This document shows, piece after piece, positions 1 through 11,100 of a stretch of 64,000 nt of DNA. Origin of the DNA: a virus. The translations under genes and the position numbers were made by a program. How positions within the stretch are numbered: the first letter of the stretch is position 1; each line of letters begins with the position of its first letter. The stretch lies in the IMG/VR virus record IMGVR_UViG_3300047157_000162, positions 65,538 to 129,537 of that record. One strand, given 5' to 3'. The notes under the pieces were generated by a model. The model searched no databases and had not been told where the DNA came from. It was given only the letters and a program-made list of their open reading frames with translations.

Positions 1-3000
1 TTTTAACACCGCTTCCTACTCCGCCGTCAACCTCTAATGGATACCCTGGACTAGTTGTCCCTATACCTACGTTGCCAGAACTGTCTATTGACATTTTTAC
101 ATCAGTACCGCCACTTCCTTTAATAATATCTAACCCATAAGAATTTGTTCCAGATGTAGGATTTGAAGCCAACCTCCAAGTCGCACCGCTCACAATATCA
201 ACATAAGAGACAGCGGTTCCTGCTGTATTAATGGCTTGTATATTACCTTCAACATCTAATTTTTCACTTGGTGTCTTTCCAATACCTACATCACCTGTAA
301 AAGTTGCGTTACCATCAGCTCCTATAGTTAATCTTGTTGTAGGTGAAGAAGAACCATCAGAAGTAGTATTAAATAATAATTTTCCAGGCATGTCATTTGT
401 CCCGGGAGTTCCGTCTACATAAGCGTCTATACTTGCAAGTCTTTTATAAGCAGCACCATCGTAACCATAAAAGCCTAAGACTGCAATTCTTTCATTAGCT
501 TGTACTACTGTAGGTGATGCTCCTGTACCGCTAGATTTTCCTAATCCTAAAAATGAAAAATTACCAGCTGTATCATTATGTGTAAAGATTTGAGCAGAAG
601 CAAAAAGATCATTTTCAACATTTAAATCTCCTGTTCCATAATTAGTATTATAAGAAGGAGTTGTAGTTCCAACATTAAGAGTTTCCCCAATATTAACATC
701 TCCTGCAACTTGTAGCTTAGCTGTTGGGCTAGTAGTCCCGATCCCAACATTGCCGCCTGATAAAATACGCATTCTTTCACCTCCGTTAGTATTAAAAAGA
801 ATATTTTTACCAGCATCTTCAGTGTACAGTTTTAAATCACCATCTGTTTTAATTGTAGCGGTACCTGTACCTACGTTTCTAAATAGTATTTCTTTTGAAC
901 CATTTGCAGCACTATCTAAACGGAAGCTATTTCCTGTTCCAAATACCTCCAACTTAGCTCCAGGATTAGTTGTACCAATACACCTAAGTTTATGATAAAA
1001 TACTCCGTCACCGTTTGTTCTTAGCTCAAGTGCAGCATCCCCAAAATCATTATAGTTCAATCCTGCGCCAGCAGCAGTACCATCGTTATCTACATAGAAT
1101 TTTATATTTTGAGGCGCTGAGTGTATTGTTTGGTTTCCAGGTTGCTTTAGATTGTAAAAATATTAAAGAATTTTCAAAAGATGCTGTTCCTGATGTTACA
1201 CCAGCTGCAGTCATCTGCAAGCCCAGCACCTATAGCTGATGCTGTATTTACAGCATCATTTTTTACTTGTATAAATACCCTTCCGTCTACACTGTTGCCA
1301 TCGTTGCTTACCATTAAAGGTATAGCTGGTTGAGAAGTAAGACCTACTGCAGATGTCAATCCAACTTCAAGCTCATGCGAAGGGCTTGCCGTCGCAATCC
1401 CGACGTTTCCTGCAAAATAGTTTTTACTATTAACATCTACTTGTGATATACCGTACTTATTGAGTATTGTACCGTTATTAGTTGGTGTTTTTAAGTATAA
1501 GCCATGATACTCTTTTAAGTGGCTTCCAGAATCTACCTCAGCTGTTCCGTAAAAAGAGTAAGCTCTATCATCAAGATTAACAGAATTAGATCCTTCCATT
1601 TCTATTCTACCCTCAACACCTATATATTGCATATCAGCGTTGTTGACAGTTACATTTCCTGACAGCTTTCCAATTCCTTGAACTCCCCTTGCAACGTAAC
1701 CATAATCACCTAGTTTGTCTGCAACACCAACAAGACCAGTTGCAAAACTATTAGCTCCTCCACTTACGCGTTGTGTAAATAAACCAGCAACAGGGTATAT
1801 ATTGTTAGTAGAAACATTTCCATTGTGTAATACTTCAACTGTATTTGGATTTGTATTTGTTTTAGTGGATATATCATATATATCTAACTTAGCCCCTGGA
1901 CTAGTCGTACCAATCCCTACGTTACCAGCAGAGGTAATACGCATTCTTTCTGTATTGGATGTTAAAGATATTATATCCGCTGTGTTGACCTTAAGTTTTA
2001 TATCTTTATTTTGACCATTATCACCTAAATAAACAGCACTATCAAACCATCCAACTTTAGCTCTATCATTAAACTTTATGGAAGCAGTGTCACCAATAGC
2101 ATTATTATTAGTATCTATGTAAACAACCACATCATCCGTGGAACCTTTCACGTGTAGTGGTCCACTAGGGCTAGTTGTTCCAATTCCAACGTTACCTGAG
2201 GAGTCTATACGCATTTTTTCTACACCACTTGTTAAAAATCTATGATACCCGCCAGTGTTATAGCCCATATAACCATAAGTACCACCTCCAAAAATCTTAT
2301 AATTAGCGTCAGCAGTCCCAAAGAATAAATTACCTTGGTTTGAGGCCGTTTTTAGATACAAATCACCTGTCAAAGGATAACTTGCCCCAGCTGAAAGTGG
2401 TAAGTAAGGGCCACCGGGTAAAGTTTTTGTTGTAGTAACAATTTCAGCCCAGTCATTCCAAGTTCCGCTGTATCTACTTCTATAATACATACCTGTATTA
2501 TTGGTAGAGTAAGGAATAGCAAACTGCGTCATATTACCATCATTATCATAGCTACCATATTCCCAAGAAAATGGGTGGTAATATTCATTGCCAGCAGGTC
2601 CGTTAGTTGCGTTACCTCTTAACAACGTGTGACCATTACCAGACCTAGCATTTGTGCTATCGTTCCAGTCTAGAGTTCCGCTAGTTGTTAGTGCTCCAAA
2701 ACCTCCGTATATTTGCCCATTAATAAAAGCTTTTCCATCCACATGTAGTTTCTCTACAGGACTAGTCGTCCCAATCCCGACGTTACCGCCGTTGAAATAT
2801 GAGTCTCCATTTGTATCTATTTTAACCTTTTGAACTTCATCTCCGTCATACATTCCAAGATTAGCTGCATTACCACTTTGTCCAACTTTAAAATTAAAAC
2901 GCTGCTCTCCATTATCAGCTCTAAATCTAATGTGCTTATCAATATCACCATTTCCCGTAGCTGAGTTTGTTAAGATATCTAGTCTAGCTGTAGGACTATC

Positions 3001-3370
3001 AGTACCTATACCGACGTTGCCTGAGGATTGTACGTTAAACAAGTTGCCTGCAGTTCCACCAAAAGATGTTACATTAACAAGGTTTGCTGTTTGCCCATTT
3101 TTTGAAAGGATTGATAAAGGTATATGTGATGTGGCTGAAGGATTAATTTCTAAAACTCCAGTTCCATTAAACCCGTAGCTGCTATTAATTTGAAATCCGT
3201 TATCACTAATTGCTCCACCGCCTCCTGATATTACAAGTTTAGCCCCAGGAGCAGTCGTCCCGATACCGACATTGCCGTTGTTTAGTATACGTATTCTATC
3301 ACTACTACCTGTTTGAAAACTTAATTGTTGAGCTGATTGATTTGCTTGAATATGTTTTTCCTAATCCCAT
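1..3370 (-). CDS. Modular tail fibre / receptor-binding protein (GNVGIGTTSP repeats, knob-like insert); frameshifted, runs off window start
   Basis: ATG at 3370 directly follows the upstream stop. About 10 G(N/D)VGI(G/A) junctions; ORF 1174..3042 is the main frame and repeats continue in other frames to position 1. Internal QFAIPY..MYYRSRYSGTWNDW knob-like segment and a YLPLS..LTGDL fibre motif. Confidence 0.75.
63..292. repeat. ~230-bp fibre module, copy 1 (copy 2 at 63771-64000)
   Basis: About 9 mismatches over ~230 bp versus 63771-64000; bounded by VGIG junctions; the flank that can be compared differs. Confidence 0.95.
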
Positions 3371-6300
3371 TTAGTATGTATTTCTTACTATGTTAACCCA
3401 TTCGTATGTTGAACTACCTGTTTGCATACACATGTCTGCGTAGCTTGCATCTTCTGCTGTTACTTCTATTACTGATACGTTGTCTATTGAGCCGCTTCTA
3501 TGTACTCTATGTATGTTCCATTAGCACTCCTTATACTGCCTACAGAAACATTCCCACTTCCTAGCTCTATCCTGACAGAACCACTAACGTAGTTTGATAT
3601 AGTGTAAACCACCTCGTATATCTTACCTGACACCAATCCCGTATTTATTTGAAAAGCTGTTGAAGTTGTTGAGGAACCGTTAAGAGAACCTCCGCTAATT
3701 GTCCACCCTGCCCCTTTATTCCAATCACTATCAGTATCAAAACCACCATTAGTAATTAACTCTTCTCCATCAACCTCTACATATTCTGTATCAGTTCTAT
3801 ATCTCATTGTACCTACTTTATCTGCTGAAGCTGTATCTGTATCATCAGCCATTTGTATACTACCAGCAACTGTTAAATTAGCTGTAGTAGTTGATGTGGA
3901 TTTTAACTCCATTGTATATGTACTAGAAGCACCGCCATGATACAATTTACCCCATCTTAGTCGTGAATCTGTAGAGCCATTAAACACACAGTTTATTTGA
4001 CCAACCATATGAGTAGCATCGGTACCATAGGCAAAAGTTATTGATTTGCTTTCACCAGCAGTCCAATTTCCATCTATATCAATTGCTCTAGTTTCTCCGC
4101 CGCTTGTAGAACCTATGTTTAATTGTGCTAGATTATTTGGAGGAGTAGTATTGTTAATTATTACTTTTCCATCAACCACTAACTTTTCAGAAGGACTAGT
4201 CGTCCCGATACCTACGTTACCATTTGGTATTATAATATTATTGTAAGTAGCATTACCAATACTAAGAGTTCTATTAGTTATAGTCGTGCTTGGCGATTGT
4301 AACAATATTGTATTATTTCTATTGTCACGAATCATATATTGGGAATCGATACCTACTGAACCACCAGATACTTGAAGCTTATTTAAAGGACTAGTAGTCC
4401 CGATACCTACGTTGCCGCCTAAAGGTTGTAATGATAAAGGTTTTAAATTATTACTTCCATCATCCTGTATAGATTGTATGTAGCCGTAATTATAACCATT
4501 AGAGCCTATCCAATTTGAAATAGCACCTCCGTTATTTATTCTCGCAGCGGGTGTTGATGATGTAGAAATAGTAGATGTATCTACAGGTCCTTCTACAAAT
4601 AATCTAGCAGTAATAGATGATGATCTACCAATCCCAACGTTGCCGTCTGAGTCTATAGTCATTTTACTATCTGATAAAGTAGCATCACTATCTCCAAGAG
4701 TGTTATTGTTCAAGAAATGCATTTTACCAATACCCCAGCTAGTTTCTCTTTCAAAAACTAAACCTGCTTTTACAGCGGCGTTTGTTGCGATATATCCAGA
4801 TAACCCAATACCTGTAAATTCTCCTACAGCATTTCCAGCACCTGCTACTATAGCAAATTCATCTCCACTCGAGTAACTTGCTAGCTTGTAATTAGGACTA
4901 GTCGTTCCAATACCGACGTTGCCTGCATTAAAAAGCGTTCTTCCTGTATCACCTTCAAATACAGCCATTTCAACACCGTCATTAGGCATTATTTTAAAAT
5001 GACCTCCTACTGTTAGTAATCTAGTATACTTTGTATCGTCTTTTATTCTTATTTCAGATATTCCATCTGTAGACTCAAAAGTAGCTAAAATATTATCGCT
5101 TGAATAAACATGCAATGGATTACTAGGACTAGTCGTGCCAATCCCAACGTTACCGTTATTATCAATCAAAACATCTCTTTCTCCATTCGCACCACCTAAA
5201 CCAAGAGGGCCAGTAGTGTTTCGAAGATAACCATAACTTGAGCCTTCTAAAAGAATAAGAGAGTCACCTGTGTCTGCTCTTTTTAGTCTTATCCCAGCAC
5301 CTGATGAGGCGTTTTCAATATCTAAGTTATAGTTTGGGCTAGTCGTTCCAATTCCAACTTTGCCAGCTGAGTCAATACGCATTCTTTCAGAACTATTAGT
5401 ATATAACCTCATTGCTGAAGTTGTATCTTGAAACAAAATTCCTTCATCAGCAGTTATTGTTCCATTTCCTACCCAACCTGCATTATTATTAGTAGCTATA
5501 AGCAATCCATTATAAGTTGATTCACTTGTTTTAAAAGATGCTATTGTTTGATTTCCAGTTAGTAATGTTTCAACATCTAATTTAGCCCCAGGACTAGTTG
5601 TCCCGATCCCTACGTTGCCGGAATTATTTATGTACATGTCATAATTAGTAGCGCTTGAACCACTAAGCATTACACCTCCATCACTATCTGTATTGTATAT
5701 TTTTAGATCTCCATTTCTAATGTACTGTATAACACCTTGCTCTGCGGCTGATTTTTCAAATACCAAGGTTGGATTTACACCGCCTGCTCCAGAAGTTAAT
5801 TTTACAAAGTTCTTAGTTCCGTCTGTGGTAGATATTTCTAGTAAAGAGTCCGGACTAGTTGTACCGATACCTACGTTACCTGTATTTATATAACTATTTG
5901 AACCAGCTCTACTATCAAATCTAATGTCGCCATTGTCCCCTAAAAGATTGAAATCAGTACCTGTACCTGTAGGGTTAAGGTACGCCTTTTCTACATTCGT
6001 GCCTTCACTCCATCCCTGTATTCCATCTACATCTAGTAACCTGCTAGGACTAGTCGTCCCGATACCCATACGTTCATTTGGCTCATCTATGTAAACTGTA
6101 TCAGACACTATAGTATTTCCATCACCTACCCATATTCTACCTTCTGGTAAGTTAGGCACGTCGTTTGTACGCATTATAGCCGATACAACAAAATTACCGT
6201 CAGATGAAGTACTCACTCTGCCTACTTGACCAACGTTTTGTATTAAGTTTGTAGATCCAGTTGGCTTTGTTGTAGTTAGTGATGAACCTGAGCTACCACC

Positions 6301-6720
6301 TGCTTTAACATATATTGTGTCATTTTCAGTTGTAGTTTGACCGTCTATAGGTGTCGTAACTAGGTTTCTAAGCTTACCAGCTGTTACAGCAGTACCTTCA
6401 CCGTTGTCTAGTAAATCTTGCTCTAGTAGACCAACGCAAGGCATTTTACTTGAGTCACTAGCATCGCATAGACCAACTTCAAGCCTAGCGGAAGCACCAA
6501 CTGAGCCTATTATGTACACAGGGTCTCCTTTAACCAAAGCGGTTCCTTCGCCGTTTTTAACAAGAATTGAAACCCTTTCAGCAGAACCAGAGACTAAAGT
6601 GCTTTGATCTACCCAAGCAGTACCCGTTACCGTCGAAGACAATAACTGATTAACTGTACCTGGTGAACCACTAGCGTCTTCTAGACCCGCCTGTACTTCT
6701 ATATTACTTTTAAACTTCAT
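3371..6720 (-). CDS. Modular tail fibre protein with 9 GIG(TTSP) repeats and a C-terminal carbohydrate-binding-like domain
   Basis: ORF 3484..6720. The likely true C-terminus (SIDNVSVIEV..YEWVNIVRNTY*) continues in another frame to 3371. ELITNGGFDTDSDW is a CBM-like start. Confidence 0.8.
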
Positions 6721-6739
6721 GTACTAATTTTTATTATTA

Positions 6740-8095
6740 CTACCCTATCTTCTGTACCAAAACTCTAACGCTATTAGTTGGTGTTGCGGCAAATGTAATT
6801 GTTGCTTCAGAGGTAGATCCTCTTTCAACATCTGCGTAAACAGTTTCATCGGTTGTTACATCATAAAGCTGTATAATAACATCTTTAGTTCCTAAGCTAT
6901 GAGTTATGGTTGCCGTATCTGTTATTGTTACCGCATATGTGTTTGAAGAATTTGTATCTGTGTTTGTTACAGTTGCCGTACCTGATGCATAAGCAACACT
7001 TATTCCAGTACCGGCATTTACATTACCAATACCTACCGTTGTAAGATCCGCAAGGTCAATGTTATTTTGTACTGTTGTCCATTCTGCTAATGTGGTTGGT
7101 GCATTATTGTTAGCTATAAGCACATCACCTACCCTTACTTGCTCTGTGAAGAATAAACCATCTACTGTAACCGTATATGTCCATCCAGTTTTAATAGCTG
7201 AACTCGGTGAAGAATCTAAGTCTGGTGTATTTGTTGCCGCATCATATCCACCTTGATAGCTTAATGCTCCTGTTACTGCTTGATCAACATAGTGCTTTGA
7301 AGCCGCGTCTGTATCAGCTGACGGTACTTGTGGTATTGTTAACTGACCAGCAACACTTGATTGTCCGGTTCCAGACACTGTTAATTCGCCTGCTAGATCT
7401 ATACTATCATCTAAATTTACTGTTACCGTATCGGTTGCACCTACAACTGTGGTTATATTAGTACCTCCGGCTATGTCTAAAGTATTTCCGCTATCTATTG
7501 TTTGATCAGTTCCTGAATCAGCTGTTACACTAAATGTATAAGCTTCAGCGGAGGGCATTGTAACTGTTTTAACATTTAAAGCAGTTACGTGACCTGTTGT
7601 ATTTGTTGTTACAGAATCTACAACTGTAAATGTACCTGCGTAACCAGGAGAGCCTGTAGATGTTGTATCTGTTCTAGTTGTTAAATCATGATTAACAATA
7701 GGTACTGGCCCTGTTTGATCTGTTACATTTATATAAGTACCTCCTTGTACTTCAGTTACATCTCCAAAAGGAATTGTTGCCCATGTATTATCTTTAGTTA
7801 AAAACCTAGACGCTGAAGTTGAAGTGCCATCAACCGCTGATAAGTCTACAGTATACGCTCTTTTTATCGATGTTCCTCCATTAGTCAGACTTACAAATGT
7901 ACCGTTTGCAAAATCAGTTTGAACTAAACTAACCCAAGTGTCGGTTGCATTGGAATAGTACTTAGCTATTGTATCGCTACTGTCAAAGTATATTTGAGCC
8001 GCTGCAGCTGTTGGTGCCGTACCGGTGATATGTAGCTTAGCGTTTTGTAATTGATTATCGCTAAGATTAATGTTATTTAAAAAAGGTATTGCCAT
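6740..8095 (-). CDS. Virion structural / tail fibre-associated protein
   Basis: 451 aa, Thr/Ser-rich; DAASKHYVD fibre motif; C-terminal ITHSLGTKDVIIQLYD domain. Confidence 0.65.
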   Translation of the reverse strand: MAIPFLNNINLSDNQLQNAKLHITGTAPTAAAAQIYFDSSDTIAKYYSNATDTWVSLVQTDFANGTFVSLTNGGTSIKRAYTVDLSAVDGTSTSASRFLTKDNTWATIPFGDVTEVQGGTYINVTDQTGPVPIVNHDLTTRTDTTSTGSPGYAGTFTVVDSVTTNTTGHVTALNVKTVTMPSAEAYTFSVTADSGTDQTIDSGNTLDIAGGTNITTVVGATDTVTVNLDDSIDLAGELTVSGTGQSSVAGQLTIPQVPSADTDAASKHYVDQAVTGALSYQGGYDAATNTPDLDSSPSSAIKTGWTYTVTVDGLFFTEQVRVGDVLIANNNAPTTLAEWTTVQNNIDLADLTTVGIGNVNAGTGISVAYASGTATVTNTDTNSSNTYAVTITDTATITHSLGTKDVIIQLYDVTTDETVYADVERGSTSEATITFAATPTNSVRVLVQKIG

Positions 8096-8097
8096 AA

Positions 8098-8956
8098 TTA
8101 GTTCATATATGCTTTGCCTGATTCAGCAGAAGCGAAGGTTATTGTTAAATTGTTTTCATCGATGTATACTATATCTCCGTAACCTTTCTGCCCGGTGGAC
8201 AAAACCATAGTTACAGAAGGAAACTTATCTAGGTTATGCTGAACAGTCCACGTTGCACTAGCAGATGCTTGTACAAATGTATATGTTTCGTTCGCTCTAG
8301 CCCAAACGTTATCTCCTCGTAGGAATTTAGTATTATCAGGCGTACCAGTAGCTGACAATGATGCTGTAATTTCTACGTTACCCGTTGTAGGCGTTGTAGG
8401 TGTCATATCTATAAACGTCAGTATCAGATGTATCAACACTGTCAACACCTGTAGCACCGAGTTCTAAATAAAAGTTTACAAGAGTATAATAGTGATCCAT
8501 ATCTATAGATCCATTACCTCCTAAATATTCTAATGTTAATGTATAAAAGTTAGTTGTACCAATTTGCGTGTACCCTCTCATTATATAATGCCCAAATGAA
8601 CCCTTACCGGCTACATCTTGGAACATTACTTGCTCATCTATTAAATACTCTAAGAAAGGTGAAACAATCTGACCAGATAGGTCCATGTTTGATATTACTA
8701 TAGACGTAATGCTTGACCAAGGTGTGTCATCACCGCTTCCGGCTGCAAAAGCAAAAGTACCTGCTTTAAAAGAAGGGTCTTGTACAAACTGATAGTTCAT
8801 CTGACCGGCAATTGCCACCTTACCGTTTATATTCAGGTAGTCCGCTACTGCTTTAGCCGTATACTGCTTCGTTTGTCTATTGACGGAGTCAGTTCCTACC
8901 CAAGCATCTGTATCAGTTATAGTCTGATCGTAAGGATATGAATATATTATTGCCAT
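8098..8956 (-). CDS. Virion structural protein (one gene split by a frameshift near 8420)
   Basis: ORFs 8378..8956 and 8098..8457 overlap; TKFLRGDNVW and WTVQHNLDKFPSV motifs resemble the neighbouring gene. Confidence 0.6.
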
Positions 8957-8958
8957 GT

Positions 8959-9225
8959 TTATCTTTTATTTTGTTTTCTTTCGGCTTTAGTACCGTCTTT
9001 TTTACTCTTACTCTGCGTTCCACCTCTGTTATGAGACGATGTAACACATCTTTTAGTATTATGGTCATAATCGTGTCCTTTAGGACAATCCTTTCTTTGA
9101 CTCTCAGCCTTAAATCTCCTTCTCCTGTCGGTCATAGCGTACTTCTTGTCCCTGATTGCTTTAGCCTTCGCTGCTGCTGGACTTAATTTTTGCTTCGGTC
9201 CGCCTTTTCTTCTTGGTTTTGCCAT
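8959..9225 (-). CDS. Small basic protein with degenerate HNH-like motif
   Basis: K/R-rich; GHDYDH...SHNRG pattern; first gene of the leftward operon. Confidence 0.5.
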   Translation of the reverse strand: MAKPRRKGGPKQKLSPAAAKAKAIRDKKYAMTDRRRRFKAESQRKDCPKGHDYDHNTKRCVTSSHNRGGTQSKSKKDGTKAERKQNKR

Positions 9226-9247
9226 AATATTGTTTTCGTATACATTA

Positions 9248-9276
9248 TATACTTACATGTTATACCTAAATTTTAC
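9248..9276 (-). promoter_or_regulatory. Class-II (middle/late) promoter-like motif
   Basis: GTAAAA...AACATGTAAGTAT upstream of ATG 9225; shared with 5-6 other sites. Confidence 0.5.
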
Positions 9277-9288
9277 AATATCATAAAC

Positions 9289-9332
9289 GCGACGATAGCC
9301 TCTTATTAATATATATAACTAGCTAATGTCAC
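9289..9332. promoter_or_regulatory. Palindromic site O1
   Basis: GCGACGATAGC, 22-nt AT-rich spacer, GCTAATGTCAC; related copies at 10721 and 16807. Confidence 0.7.
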
Positions 9333-9445
9333 ACTTACTGAAATAAAAAAACGTTGCAAATAGAGAGTGATGGGGTTGCACCTTTACATTACCTCAACAA
9401 TCCTATAAGAAAACGCGTTTCAAATTAGGGGCCCCCGGCCTTTTT

Positions 9446-9603
9446 TTCGGCTTTGGCGCACGGTTTCGGCTTTTCGGTGCGGTTTACGGTGCAGGTTCAG
9501 GCTTATGCTATCGGGTCTGGTACTGCGGTGCGGCTTACTGGCATCTGGATCCTGGATGTTCGGCTTACGGTTGCGGTTCGGCTACGGCTTACGGCTTGCC
9601 GTT
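9446..9603. repeat. GC-rich, G/T-skewed degenerate short-period repeat tract
   Basis: CGGTTT/CGGCTT/CGGTGC/CAGGTT-like units with GG recurring about every 6 nt, in an AT-rich genome. Confidence 0.7.
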
Positions 9604-9617
9604 TGTATAGCATTTGT

Positions 9618-9649
9618 ACAAGACGAATACGATGGAGATCCGATAATAT
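9618..9649 (+). promoter_or_regulatory. Early promoter motif P1
   Basis: ACA-N5-AATACGA-N9-GATAATAT. Confidence 0.8.
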
Positions 9650-9837
9650 AAGTGAATCTAAAATAAATATAAGATATGAAACCAAAGTAACCAGAATAGA
9701 CAAAGATCTACGACAGATACCCAGGACAGGTTGACCAGATCAAAGCCTACATCGAGAATGAAAACAGACTACGACCAGGATCAATTCCTTGAAGAAGATA
9801 TACTTGAAGACATACTAACTAAATTAGATATAATATA

Positions 9838-9975
9838 ATGTACAGATCAGAAATCAGAACCAGACCAGATGGAACCAGCTACGTGCAATGTATCTGGATC
9901 GGAGACCAGACCAAAGGATCAGACCAGGGAACAGCAACTGACCTCAGCCCAGCTCAAGGCTTGGAACACGACTGA
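9838..9975 (+). CDS. Small early hypothetical protein (45 aa)
   Basis: Open frame MYRSEIRTRPDGTSYVQCIWIG.. after an AT-rich leader. Confidence 0.45.
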   Translation: MYRSEIRTRPDGTSYVQCIWIGDQTKGSDQGTATDLSPAQGLEHD

Positions 9976-10045
9976 GTAATGCTCAGGACCGGAGGCGCAG
10001 CCGAAGGCTGTATAGCACGTATAGCATACTGCGTATAGCATTTTG

Positions 10046-10077
10046 ACAGAGTGAACACGATCTCATTTCGATAATAT
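10046..10077 (+). promoter_or_regulatory. Early promoter motif P2
   Basis: ACA-N5-AACACGA-N9-GATAATAT. Confidence 0.8.
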
Positions 10078-10129
10078 AAGTGAATAACAAATTAAGTAAA
10101 ATGTTTGAAATTAGAAAATAATAAAAATA

Positions 10130-10161
10130 ACAAACTAAATACGAAGACTATTCGATAATAT
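10130..10161 (+). promoter_or_regulatory. Early promoter motif P3
   Basis: ACA-N5-AATACGA-N9-GATAATAT. Confidence 0.8.
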
Positions 10162-10206
10162 AAGTGAATAACAAATAAAATAATAATAACTAAATAAATT
10201 TAAATT

Positions 10207-10545
10207 ATGTCAAATCAAGAATTAATTACAAACGCGATCGCAAACATGTCAAACGAAGAAAAAGCAACAATCTTCCCTCCGATCACAAGAGCCAACTTCG
10301 TAGTCCGTAAATCATGGCTCGGCCGAAATCAAATCATAACTTTCAACACGAAAGCGACCAAGACAAAGCCAAGTGTCAAAGTAACGTACAATCACGATGA
10401 AGTACTGGAACTAATGTTGCCGAAACTAAACATCATGCCATGTTGGATCAAACGTGGATACTGGTCACAGTCGACAGACATGCCGGCTAACACGAGACAT
10501 CTGTCAGATCGTGTAACAATTGAAACTGAGGCTACTGAAAAGTAG
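10207..10545 (+). CDS. Early hypothetical protein
   Basis: 112-aa ORF after P3; GAAA-loop hairpin over the stop. Confidence 0.75.
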   Translation: MSNQELITNAIANMSNEEKATIFPPITRANFVVRKSWLGRNQIITFNTKATKTKPSVKVTYNHDEVLELMLPKLNIMPCWIKRGYWSQSTDMPANTRHLSDRVTIETEATEK

Positions 10546-10563
10546 TCTTAGGATCAACCCCTG

Positions 10564-10595
10564 ACAACACAAACACGAGTAACAAACGATAATAT
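10564..10595 (+). promoter_or_regulatory. Early promoter motif P4
   Basis: ACA-N5-AACACGA-N9-GATAATAT. Confidence 0.8.
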
Positions 10596-10615
10596 TAACA
10601 AATAAAACAAAAATT

Positions 10616-10711
10616 ATGTATTCAAATTGCTGCGGCTCAGAAGCGAGCTATCTATCAGACGAGTTATGTGGACAGTGCCTGGAATGGGCAGAGTTCGATG
10701 ACGAAGAGTAA
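10616..10711 (+). CDS. 31-aa Cys-rich (zinc-binding-like) micropeptide
   Basis: MYSNCCGSEASYLSDELCGQCLEWAEFDDEE directly after P4. Confidence 0.65.
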   Translation: MYSNCCGSEASYLSDELCGQCLEWAEFDDEE

Positions 10712-10720
10712 ACAAAAAAC

Positions 10721-10765
10721 GTGACAATAGCCTACTATTATATTAATATAACAAGCTAACGTCAC
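10721..10765. promoter_or_regulatory. Palindromic site O2
   Basis: GTGACAATAGC-N23-GCTAACGTCAC. Confidence 0.7.
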
Positions 10766-10898
10766 ACTTTTTAACCTTACCGCTTCGGAAGTTCCGTTGC
10801 GAGGCTTGGCCTGGGTATTTTGCTATACACCGGAAGAGTAGACTCCGCCCTACGCGACGTTTAAATGCTATACATCACCCAATATGCTACGATCTTAA

Positions 10899-10982
10899 GT
10901 GAAAATCACCTAAAAACCTCCACTTTGTAGGCAAATTAACTAAAAAACACTCTATTTGTAGTGAAATTACCTACTTTTACTC
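10899..10982. repeat. About 2.7 degenerate ~30-31-bp direct repeats
   Basis: GTGAAAATCACCTAAAAACCTCCACTTTGTA / GGCAAATTAACTAAAAAACACTCTATTTGTA / GTGAAATTACCTACTTTTACTC. Confidence 0.55.
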
Positions 10983-11045
10983 AATAAGAGAGGTAGTGTA
11001 ATACTTTCTACTACTATTTTTACTCACTAATATTTTTACACCTTT

Positions 11046-11077
11046 ACAAAACAAATACGATCACCTAACGATAATAT
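11046..11077 (+). promoter_or_regulatory. Early promoter motif P5
   Basis: ACA-N5-AATACGA-N9-GATAATAT. Confidence 0.8.
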
Positions 11078-11100
11078 ATGTGAATTTAAAAATAATACTT

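Noticed and set aside
63-292. Duplicated module as a DGR template/variable repeat pair
   Set aside because: Differences are not adenine-specific and are mostly synonymous; no reverse transcriptase is seen.
3340-3490. Stop-codon reassignment suggested by broken fibre ORFs
   Set aside because: Breaks change frame rather than read through stops, and most genes are intact in the standard code.
9453-9734. ORFs 9453..9734(+) and 9503..9703(-)
   Set aside because: Products of the low-complexity repeat tract; they cross promoter P1.
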